Of a stretch of DNA of 64,000 bases, positions 56,147-64,000 are shown one piece after another. The notes beneath the pieces were generated by a model. It was not told where the DNA came from and did no database searches. It saw nothing but the letters and a program-made list of their open reading frames with translations. The stretch is from Candidatus Woesearchaeota archaeon UBA525 (GTDB lineage: Archaea > Nanobdellota > Nanobdellia > Woesearchaeales > UBA525), in assembly GCA_002498125.1 (NCBI GenBank), contig DAGG01000032.1, positions 10,373-74,372 on the forward strand, given 5' to 3'. The position numbers were made by a program, and so were the translations under genes. Each line of letters begins with the position of its first letter. Positions within the stretch are counted from its first letter, which is position 1.

Positions 56147-58824
56147 CTGATCACCTCGAGAGTAACCATGCTCGGCCCCCACAAGTAGGGGACTTTTGAG
56201 ATGGTCGTCACGATGACCTCAAGATCCTCATCCTGCAGGTTAACGAAGAGCTTCCCGTCCTTGCGGAAATCAAGCCTGTTGAAGATTGCGTGCGCACCTA
56301 ACTGGTACGCGTCCTCGCTATCGTATATTATCGAGGCCGCGGTGTAGTTGCATTCATTAGTTCCCACATACGCCGCAGGGATGACGATGCTCTCGAACGT
56401 ATCATCCTCGAACTGCACAGTCCACCTGCATCCTTCGGATCCGGGCACGACAATGGAACGTTCTGTGGAGAGGTTCACCACAACCGTGTATATGACGGAA
56501 TTGTTTTGGTAGCAGCCGGTGCGGTTCACAGGACTGTCTCCAGTCTCCATCCTGAACTGATTGTCACCCGCCGTGAAGAGACTTATCGAGGGCTGTATGA
56601 CGCTCGGATCACCTAGGTACGTGTAAGGGACTAAGAAATTCGAGAGATTGTACGCCTCCACGCCGTTCACCGACAAGTAGTCTGACCAATGCGTGCCTGA
56701 GTAAGATATCGCTTTCGCTTCCACGAGCTGCTGCTCGGCATAGAGCGGTACGACGGGGTTACATGCCTGCGGCGTCTGAAGCGTAAGGCTGATGGCGTTC
56801 TGCTTCGGCAGATACTGTGTCGCGAGATCATAGGTGATGTTGATATAGGAATCCTCATAGAGACGGGACCTACTCTCCCCGCCCTGGATGACGGCGACCT
56901 GCGCCTCGAGCGTCGTCTTCGCGAGTATCTCCTGCGAGATGTTCTCATAGATGAGACGAAGCTGTGCGCTGTCCCTGCTGTGCTGGTAAGTGCCATTCCC
57001 GATGAGCGCTATCTGCTGGAGCGTGTCTTCACCGTACGCACAGTCATCGACAGGCCCGAACCCGACGGTGAATATCGTCACGTTGAGGTCATCGCGTGCG
57101 CGCTGTGCAGAGAACAGCGCGTTCTCCCTACCACCTGTGTTCGCAGTGCATTCAGTGCATGCAGCCACAAGGTCGCCGCAGCTCTGGCCCGCAACATCAC
57201 ACATACCTGCGCATTGCATCGCGCCATATGCAGCACTCGTGCTCAGGCAACTGCCCGCTGCGCAATGCGTGGGACTGCCATCAGTCATGAGCACGATGAA
57301 TTTCTTGCGGCTGCTGTTGCTGAGCGTGTCAAGGATATCATAGGCCTGGTTGATAGCGCATGCGATACAGGTCTTACCATCACCGTTATTGTAGCTATCG
57401 ATGTAACCACTGACGGCGTTCTTATCGGAGGGGTTATTGTACCACTTCACCTCATCCTTATGCAGGAAGACTGGCCAGACGCGGTTGCCGGTCCAGTTCA
57501 GCACAGTATCGACGAGTTCCTTGTCGACACACTGGGCGAGCAGCGTTCGCCTGACATCATTGTCAGTGTACGCGCTCTCGCAATCACCCCCGAGATTTCC
57601 CTGGTCCCAGTCAGAGACTGCCTTCTTCATGCTGCCGCTGAAATCGGTGATAATCACCACATCCGCATTGCGGCTCGAGAGCGTCACCGTTGTCGGTGAG
57701 AAGCCTGCCATCCTGATAGGGACGGTCTTGCCGCTGAGGAAATCGTAGTCGAGCTTGCCGAGCGCGGGATCGCGTAGGTAGCTGTCATTGAGTGTGATAA
57801 AGCGTTCGGTGCCGTTCGCTGCGTCCTCCCACACGCGTTTCTCCCCTATCTGGAGATATGTCGAGTTGCTCGTGTTATAGTGGAGGTAGATAGTCATATT
57901 CACGAGAGTGCCGGGGATGTAGAACGCGTCGTAAAGGTTCACTATGCCTGCGATACCTGGGAAATGGTACTGGGCGAACGATTCGTTGAGCGAAGACGTG
58001 AGCGTGCTTGTCTTGTACTTGACACGCAGGAATCCGCCTGCGACATAGGACTCGTTCATCTTGCCGGTGAATAGTATCGAAATATTGTTCACCACACCAG
58101 TCTGCAACGAACCGTTGCAGACGCTGAGGTCCCAGCTTCCAGGAGACCCGTTATAGTCAGGAGGGGTGAGTGTGCCGTCGCACTGCACTCCGTTGAAGCG
58201 GACCGTGAACGGTGCTCCGGTGGCGAGATCCAACGTGATGCCTGTGATGTTCGCGTCTGCAGGCAGGTCCAGGAACTGAACTGTGATGTTGCCTTGCCCG
58301 ACGAAACCTCCGAACGTGGTGAATGAGCTCGTGCGCTTGTCCTTTATCCTGCGCAGGTACGCAACCGCGGACGATCCGGTGATGGCCTTGCCTTCAGCGA
58401 CACCGCTAACCATTCGCGTGGCCGCAGATATATCCTTCTCCTCGAACGTCGAAGGCCGCTCATAGATCGACGTCCCCTCCATCGAGAGGCGCAGCCCGTA
58501 CATAGGATACTCTTCCTTGAGCAGCGTCTCTGCGAGCCGCTGCGCGTGCGCAGTTTCGCCTAACGCCCAGAAACGCCCTATCTGCTCAAGGGCAGTGATG
58601 TCCTGGTCAGTGATATTCCCGTCAGCAATCATCGCGATGATCCAAGGATCGTTCATCTCAGCGACCGTGATGGTCTCGAGCGCGATCATGACATCCTGTC
58701 CGGCGCTTGCCATCTGCGAGGTATCAGAACTGTGATCGGATATGCCTACGATGAGCAGAAGGCCTGCGATGAGGAGGAGCGCTGCGAGTAGTGCGTCGAT
58801 GGAGAATACCACTGCGCGTCTCAT
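56143..58824 (-). CDS. large class III signal peptide vWA adhesin-like protein
   Basis: MRRA/VVFSIDALLA; DFSGSM MIDAS, LMTDG, FTVGFG. Confidence 0.85.
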   Translation of the reverse strand: MRRAVVFSIDALLAALLLIAGLLLIVGISDHSSDTSQMASAGQDVMIALETITVAEMNDPWIIAMIADGNITDQDITALEQIGRFWALGETAHAQRLAETLLKEEYPMYGLRLSMEGTSIYERPSTFEEKDISAATRMVSGVAEGKAITGSSAVAYLRRIKDKRTSSFTTFGGFVGQGNITVQFLDLPADANITGITLDLATGAPFTVRFNGVQCDGTLTPPDYNGSPGSWDLSVCNGSLQTGVVNNISILFTGKMNESYVAGGFLRVKYKTSTLTSSLNESFAQYHFPGIAGIVNLYDAFYIPGTLVNMTIYLHYNTSNSTYLQIGEKRVWEDAANGTERFITLNDSYLRDPALGKLDYDFLSGKTVPIRMAGFSPTTVTLSSRNADVVIITDFSGSMKKAVSDWDQGNLGGDCESAYTDNDVRRTLLAQCVDKELVDTVLNWTGNRVWPVFLHKDEVKWYNNPSDKNAVSGYIDSYNNGDGKTCIACAINQAYDILDTLSNSSRKKFIVLMTDGSPTHCAAGSCLSTSAAYGAMQCAGMCDVAGQSCGDLVAACTECTANTGGRENALFSAQRARDDLNVTIFTVGFGPVDDCAYGEDTLQQIALIGNGTYQHSRDSAQLRLIYENISQEILAKTTLEAQVAVIQGGESRSRLYEDSYINITYDLATQYLPKQNAISLTLQTPQACNPVVPLYAEQQLVEAKAISYSGTHWSDYLSVNGVEAYNLSNFLVPYTYLGDPSVIQPSISLFTAGDNQFRMETGDSPVNRTGCYQNNSVIYTVVVNLSTERSIVVPGSEGCRWTVQFEDDTFESIVIPAAYVGTNECNYTAASIIYDSEDAYQLGAHAIFNRLDFRKDGKLFVNLQDEDLEVIVTTISKVPYLWGPSMVTLEVIR

Positions 58825-59894
58825 CGTGACCTCCATGTGAGCACATTGAGCTGGAGGAGCCCATCGTGATGCGCAATCGTCCTCCGCTGGACCGTCACCT
58901 GATCGGCATCAGGAGTCTGCACAGCGCCGCATTCAGGCCAAGCCACTGTGACCATCTGCCGCGTCGCATTGCCGAGCGTGAGCGTAAGGTCCCTGCCGTC
59001 CTGGTGCTGCCCTTCAACGGTCGCTAGGTACCATACGCGGGCATCGCCGTATATCCACGTGGCATACGCTATCTTGCCCTCGTCGGTGAGCGCGACGCTC
59101 GTGAAACCAATCACGTCAGTCGGCTGCTCTATCGTCGGGATTGTAACAAGCGCGCCGAGTTCCAGCACCTCATCACTAGATAGGAGGAGCGGTCCACCTG
59201 AAGCGCCCTGCACCTCAAGTGAGCTCGCATCTGTCGCATTGACCTCTATGCCGAGTACCGGCAGCCCAGGATCCCCAATAATGACAATTGTGATGCCGCG
59301 TCTGGCCGCGTCATGAAGGAGGAATGTGGTCCTCTTCCCTGATAGGTCGGGTGCAATCGGGCCTTCGATGATAATCACGTCTTGCGCGCTCAGGTTGCCG
59401 AGCGCTGCGCCGGCAAGTGCGAGCGTGACATTCGCAGCATCGATGATTGGATTCGGCCCGGAACTGATACCAACGGCCGGCAGACTGATGTTGCGCGGCG
59501 TGGTCGATACTACAAGATCCCCGATACCGCACCGACCAAAGACAGGGATTGTGGTGTTAGAGGAGTTCGTGAAATAGATGTACGCCCTGTCAGTTATACG
59601 CAGTGCCTGTCGGAACCTAATCTCCTCGACCTCAGCCAAGGCGGTCGCCTTGCGAAGGCTCAGGCGGTCATCGCTTACTATCCCTGCCCGCAGCACATCC
59701 GCTGCCTGCCAATGGACAGGATACCCTTCTCTAGCCAGGAGCGCGGCGGCATTCACAGCCTGTGCACGGACCTCGTCGTACTCGCGATCATCGAGCGTAT
59801 TGACAATGATGGTGAATGCTATCAGCGTCGCAGCGGAGAAGATGATGAGCGAGAAGGTGAAATCAGCAGACCACACCTGTGCCCTACGGGTCAT
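58821..59894 (-). CDS. class III signal peptide protein (minor pilin-like)
   Basis: MTRRA/QVWSADF; EGYPVHW. Confidence 0.75.
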   Translation of the reverse strand: MTRRAQVWSADFTFSLIIFSAATLIAFTIIVNTLDDREYDEVRAQAVNAAALLAREGYPVHWQAADVLRAGIVSDDRLSLRKATALAEVEEIRFRQALRITDRAYIYFTNSSNTTIPVFGRCGIGDLVVSTTPRNISLPAVGISSGPNPIIDAANVTLALAGAALGNLSAQDVIIIEGPIAPDLSGKRTTFLLHDAARRGITIVIIGDPGLPVLGIEVNATDASSLEVQGASGGPLLLSSDEVLELGALVTIPTIEQPTDVIGFTSVALTDEGKIAYATWIYGDARVWYLATVEGQHQDGRDLTLTLGNATRQMVTVAWPECGAVQTPDADQVTVQRRTIAHHDGLLQLNVLTWRSR

Positions 59895-60271
59895 GGGTTC
59901 ACCTCGATTGTGCCATCCTTCACTATGGTGTTCATACCCTTCTGGAACGTACCCGATACATCGGGGATCAAATAGGATATCGCCACCCCGGCACTTGTCA
60001 GAGTCACAGTGTCAACGTCATTCGTGATTTCATACGGGAAGCGGTCTGCGCTATCAGGGATAGTGAACCTGCGAGAGTAACCGTCGGCGACAGATGTCGC
60101 GAGTATGACCTCATCCTGCACGCGAAATCCGATATCGTTGAGCGCAGCGAGACGCTGCTGCTCGCTCGTGTCCCGCAGGAGATGGCCGCTCACGCCAAGG
60201 TAGAGCATGGCGACGATGATGGCTATCGCGACGAAGCTGAGAAACTCGATGACTATCTGCCCGCGCATCAT
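59891..60271 (-). CDS. archaeal minor pilin
   Basis: MMRG/QIVIEF; DGYSRRFTIP. Confidence 0.8.
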   Translation of the reverse strand: MMRGQIVIEFLSFVAIAIIVAMLYLGVSGHLLRDTSEQQRLAALNDIGFRVQDEVILATSVADGYSRRFTIPDSADRFPYEITNDVDTVTLTSAGVAISYLIPDVSGTFQKGMNTIVKDGTIEVNP

Positions 60272-60696
60272 CCCTCCGTGAGGTTCACGAAGCCGGGCTT
60301 GGCGACCGCTGAGATAGTGTGCAGCCCCGCGTTCGTGCGCAATTGTCCAGTCATGTTCGTGGATGCGAACACCGCGTACTCGTACGGCCCCTTGCTCCCC
60401 TGCATCGTGAAGAGCAGTGTCTGGTTGTTGAACGAAATCGACTGTATGCCATCGGGGAAGTAGAGTTTGATCGTTTTCTTCGTTGGAGGTCCTGCGTAGT
60501 AAACGGTATTGGCGGCATCGACTATCTGGTTGCCGACTTTCTGTATCTGGGCCGCTGAGACGTCTGTCTGGAAAGACGATGACTGCAGGTAGGCGACAAG
60601 GAGGATGCCTGTGAGAATGACGAATACGAATGCCATGACAAGGAGGTACTCCATCGCAGCCTGGGCTTTAAGAGAGACAGACACTCTAGACTTCAT
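60268..60696 (-). CDS. archaeal minor pilin
   Basis: LKA/QAAMEYL; ANTVYYAGPPTK. Confidence 0.8.
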   Translation of the reverse strand: MKSRVSVSLKAQAAMEYLLVMAFVFVILTGILLVAYLQSSSFQTDVSAAQIQKVGNQIVDAANTVYYAGPPTKKTIKLYFPDGIQSISFNNQTLLFTMQGSKGPYEYAVFASTNMTGQLRTNAGLHTISAVAKPGFVNLTEG

Positions 60697-60701
60697 GGAA
60701 A

Positions 60702-60802
60702 GTGCTGCCTTGGCACAATGCCGAGGTGCGGCGACAAGGTCTGCGAAGCGGGCCTTGACAGTGACGCACTGAGACATATCTTGAGCAGGTGCGCCGCAGC
60801 AC
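60702..60802 (+). ncRNA. novel structured RNA motif, copy D
   Basis: GTGCTGC-CTT-GGCA-CAATG-CCGA-GGTGCG-GCGA-CAAGGT..GCCTTG-ACAGTGA-CGCACT-GAGAC..CGCC-GCAGCAC. Confidence 0.72.
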
Positions 60803-60931
60803 GCGTAGTGCATATCTTGGACTTGCATCTCGGAGCAGCTTCGCTGCTGCGGTTTCCAAACAGAAGTGCGGAAATCCCGACGACCACCCATGCCGTCTTC
60901 TGACGAGAAGGAGTTTAAAAGGGTTGTGTCA

Positions 60932-61930
60932 CTATCGGAGGGGACTGAACGCTCCCGCCACCACGAGCGGGAAGAGTATGGTCGCATCACCGAAGACCTT
61001 GACGCTCTTCGCATCGGGAAGGATCTTGCCCCAACTCACGGCCTCATCAGGACGCGCTCCGGCGTCCGATCCATCGAACTCCGCCGCGTTGTTGATGTAG
61101 ACAGCGTAATCTGCGCCGTTGCGCATCATGTTCGAGTTCAGGATGTGATGCTTGACTATGCCAGAGCCGAGGATGATGAGGCCGGTCTTCTTCGAGGACA
61201 TCGTGATATCGTTGAGCTTCTGGATGTCACGCACCATGTCGATGGCGAAGTCCTGGTTCTTGTGATGGAAGAAGTAGACCATGTCGCCGATGCTGCCGTC
61301 GATGAGCGCAGGGCAGAAGACGGGGATGCCATTCTTGTGGCACCAATAATAGATGCTCGACTCGTGGTCGACCTCCTTGCCGAGCCTATCGATGAACTCG
61401 CTGGGCGTGATGATCCTACCGGTGCGCTGCTCCTCCATCATGGAACGCAGGATTGGTTGGATCCATGATTCGAAGCTGATATAATGCGAATTCGGCACGA
61501 GCACATTACCGATGCGATTCAGGCCTTGCTCGCGCAGCGTCGCGCCGTCAGCCTCAAAGCTGCTCAAGTAGAATGGAGACTTCGCCTTGATGATATCCTC
61601 CTCGATTCCGCCACCGGTCGTCACGATGACGTCTACGAGTTTGTGCTTTGCGAGGTAGCGGAAGATATCGCGCAAGCCTGAGCTGACCATATTGCTCGTG
61701 TAACCGAGGTAGATGGTGATCTCCTTCTCGCGACGCATCTCCTTGATGAGATCGATGGCCTGGGCAAGGTGGCTCGCTTGGTGACCGGTGGTCGCGTAGG
61801 CGGCGAGGAACTTCCCGATATCGAACGGCTGCTCGAAGTCATAGCCGTGTATCTCAGGCAGGTCAGTCTTCTCCACACTCTTGTGGAACGTGTTCTCGTG
61901 CGCCTTAGCTGCGAGGTCATTCTCGTCCAT
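60932..61930 (-). CDS. dys: deoxyhypusine synthase
   Basis: GYTSNMVSSGLR, TTGGGIEED, DGSDAGARPDEAVSWGK. Confidence 0.97.
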   Translation of the reverse strand: MDENDLAAKAHENTFHKSVEKTDLPEIHGYDFEQPFDIGKFLAAYATTGHQASHLAQAIDLIKEMRREKEITIYLGYTSNMVSSGLRDIFRYLAKHKLVDVIVTTGGGIEEDIIKAKSPFYLSSFEADGATLREQGLNRIGNVLVPNSHYISFESWIQPILRSMMEEQRTGRIITPSEFIDRLGKEVDHESSIYYWCHKNGIPVFCPALIDGSIGDMVYFFHHKNQDFAIDMVRDIQKLNDITMSSKKTGLIILGSGIVKHHILNSNMMRNGADYAVYINNAAEFDGSDAGARPDEAVSWGKILPDAKSVKVFGDATILFPLVVAGAFSPLR

Positions 61931-61981
61931 AGGCTAGTGGAGCCGCCGGGAGTTTATAAATGTTCAGAGAACAGCGAGAAT

Positions 61982-62590
61982 CTAAGGCATACCGCCGTAC
62001 GCCGCCCATTTCGCTATCGTGGCGTCGCAGAGCGCATCCATCGCCTCTGCCTGGCGCGCGAAGCCGAGCCTGCGCGCCTCCTTTATGTGGAACTCCTTAC
62101 TGGAGGTCGAGTAGCCAATCTGTCCGCGCGGCGTATGCACGTGGACGGTCTTCAGGTTATCCCACCGGTCCGCTATTTTCACGAGCAGTACGCGCTCATC
62201 TTGAGCAGCGTAGCGAAGCGCCTTCTCCTTGGAGTGCTTCGCCCGCTCCAGCTTGTCACGCACCTGCGGGTTGCCATCACCCTCGCCGTGATCAGTGGCG
62301 CCATCGACGAGGAACCGCACCTGCGGACCGAACTCGCGCTCGACATCCTCGAGCGTCACGTCAGTATCCTCGACTGTGTCGTGAAGCAGGCCGGCGAGAA
62401 CAGTGTCTGCATCTGCATTGAACTCATGCATGAGCAGCCCTGCGACAGCAGCGGGGTGCGTAATGTAAGGAGCGCCGCCCTTGCGTAGCTGAGTCTTGTG
62501 CGCCTCGGCAGCGAAGCCGAGCGCTTTCCTGATGCGCCCCTGCTCCTCTGGAGAGAACCTATCAGCGATACTGAGTTCGGGGATGAACAT
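61982..62590 (-). CDS. HD-domain RelA/SpoT-hydrolase-like (Mesh1/SAH) protein
   Basis: AHKTQLRKGGAPYITHP, LLHDTVEDT, VKIADRWDN. Confidence 0.85.
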   Translation of the reverse strand: MFIPELSIADRFSPEEQGRIRKALGFAAEAHKTQLRKGGAPYITHPAAVAGLLMHEFNADADTVLAGLLHDTVEDTDVTLEDVEREFGPQVRFLVDGATDHGEGDGNPQVRDKLERAKHSKEKALRYAAQDERVLLVKIADRWDNLKTVHVHTPRGQIGYSTSSKEFHIKEARRLGFARQAEAMDALCDATIAKWAAYGGMP

Positions 62591-62638
62591 AAGAGAAGCA
62601 ACAGGGCGAACTTTATAAACGATTCGGGCCCTCTGGAG

Positions 62639-63640
62639 ATGATGATAGTCCTCGGGATAGAGAGCACGGCCCACACGTTCGGCATCGCTGTGCTGCGCGA
62701 CCGCGAGGTGCTCGCGAACATCACAGACTCGTTCACGACCGCGCACGGCGGCATGATCCCTGCCAAGGTCGCGATGCACCACGAGGAGGCATACCTCCCG
62801 ACCCTGCGCAAGGCCCTTAATCAGGCAGGCATCGCGCTCAGGGATGTGGAGCTCATCGCCTACAGCGACGCGCCAGGTATCGGTCACACGTTGCGCATCG
62901 GCGCAGCTGCGGCGAAATCGCTCGCGCTCGAGCTGGGCGTGCCGCTCGTCGGCGTGAACCACTGCATCGCGCACCTTGAGGTAACGGCGCTCACGACAGA
63001 GGCCAAAGACCCTGTTCTCCTCTACTGCAGCGGCGCGAACACGCAGATCATCGCATACGATGAGGGCAAGTACCGCATCTTCGGCGAGACGCTCGACGTC
63101 GGCATCGGCAACCTCCTCGACACCTTCGCACGCGATTTGGATCTCGGGTTCCCCGGAGGGCCGAAGGTGGAGAAACTCGCGCTCCTAGCGACCGATGAGG
63201 AGATGCGGAACCTCATCTCACTACCGTACAGCGTCAAGGGCATGGATGTCGCGTTCGCTGGCCTACAGACGAACCTCCTGCATAAAATCAAGACAAAGGA
63301 GTTCAGGACTGAGCACCTCTGCTATAGCGTGCAGGAGCACGTCTTCGCGATGCTTGTGGAGGTCGCTGAGCGCGCGCTCGCACACGTCGGCAAGAAGGAA
63401 CTCGTGCTCGGCGGCGGCGTCGGCTGCAACAAGCGGCTGCAGGAGATGTGCAGTATCATGTGCGAGGCACGGGGAGCGAAATTCTACTGCCCGCCTAACC
63501 AGTTCCTCGTGGACAATGCCGCCATGATCGCATGGACTGGCAAGATCATGCACGAACGCGGCAACATCCAGACCACAGTGGAGAACGCGACCATAAAGCC
63601 TTATGAGCGGACTGATGATGTCGAAGTGACGTGGAAGTAG
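62639..63640 (+). CDS. kae1: t6A synthesis protein Kae1 (stand-alone)
   Basis: LGIESTAHT, VNHCIAHLE, SGANTQ, GETLD, DNAAMIA. Confidence 0.96.
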   Translation: MMIVLGIESTAHTFGIAVLRDREVLANITDSFTTAHGGMIPAKVAMHHEEAYLPTLRKALNQAGIALRDVELIAYSDAPGIGHTLRIGAAAAKSLALELGVPLVGVNHCIAHLEVTALTTEAKDPVLLYCSGANTQIIAYDEGKYRIFGETLDVGIGNLLDTFARDLDLGFPGGPKVEKLALLATDEEMRNLISLPYSVKGMDVAFAGLQTNLLHKIKTKEFRTEHLCYSVQEHVFAMLVEVAERALAHVGKKELVLGGGVGCNKRLQEMCSIMCEARGAKFYCPPNQFLVDNAAMIAWTGKIMHERGNIQTTVENATIKPYERTDDVEVTWK

Positions 63641-64000
63641 CTAGCGTCCGAGGTGCGGCGCAGCAGAACCGTTCTTCCCCTTGAACCGCTTGAGCGTCTT
63701 CTCCTTACCTTTCCAGTCAATCATCTCACTGATGACATCTGTGATATGCCTGACAGGGATGATCTTGACTTTCTTGAGCTGGCCGCTATCGATCACGATA
63801 TCATTGAGATTGCTCTCAGGCACGATGACGTTCTCTATGCCGGCCTCTATAGCGGCCTCGACCTTTGCGCCCACGCCACCGACAGGGAGGACATCGCCGC
63901 GCACCGACAGGCTGCCGGTCACTGCGTAGTTCTGCTTGATTGGCGCGTCAGCGAGCGACGAGATGATAGTTATTGCGACTGCGATGGATGCGCTGTCACC
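63641..64000 (-). CDS. lonB: Lon protease (LonB) C-terminal part (runs off the window end)
   Basis: GDSAS catalytic Ser at the window edge; TGSLSVRGDVLPVGGVGAKVEAA. Confidence 0.92.
   Translation of the reverse strand, partial: GDSASIAVAITIISSLADAPIKQNYAVTGSLSVRGDVLPVGGVGAKVEAAIEAGIENVIVPESNLNDIVIDSGQLKKVKIIPVRHITDVISEMIDWKGKEKTLKRFKGKNGSAAPHLGR

Noticed and set aside
62591-62974. N-terminal extensions of the HD (330 aa) and Kae1 (380 aa) ORFs
   Set aside because: Mutual antisense overlap; the true starts at 62590 and 62639 flank a shared TTTATAAA box

Overview
Archaeal chromosomal window, GC roughly 58-60% by eye. Gene content and style (split rpoB''/B', small gene set, TATA boxes about 25 nt before many starts, abundant class III signal peptides) suggest a DPANN archaeon, most likely Woesearchaeota. 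Housekeeping genes: rpoH-B''-B'-A', scpA, aIF6-pfdA-ftsY, lhr, a rad50-like gene, a Ski2/HelY-like helicase, dys, kae1, lonB and 5 tRNAs (two with introns, one of them in the T-loop). About half the window (29.9-49.6 kb and 54.7-60.7 kb) is a type IV pilus/Tad-like surface-appendage region: two ATPase plus TadB/C platform sets, about 15 pilin-like genes, two vWA proteins and a Cys-rich adhesin candidate. The strongest unexplained signal is a ~100-nt structured element found in four diverged intergenic copies (18295-18396 -, 44152-44308 +, 53214-53312 -, 60702-60802 +). Its stems show compensatory base changes while its junction sequences are near-invariant (CUU, CYGA, GCGA, ACAGUGA, GARAC). 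I cannot match it to a known RNA family, so it is a candidate new ncRNA, ribozyme or mobile RNA motif. Also notable: a low-GC island at tRNA-Tyr encoding a repeat protein with a methyltransferase-like domain, a duplicated 5' end of tRNA-Val, an operon of hydrophilic micro-proteins, and a beta-barrel-like protein paired with a glycoside hydrolase. No database searches were run; all family calls are from motif recognition.
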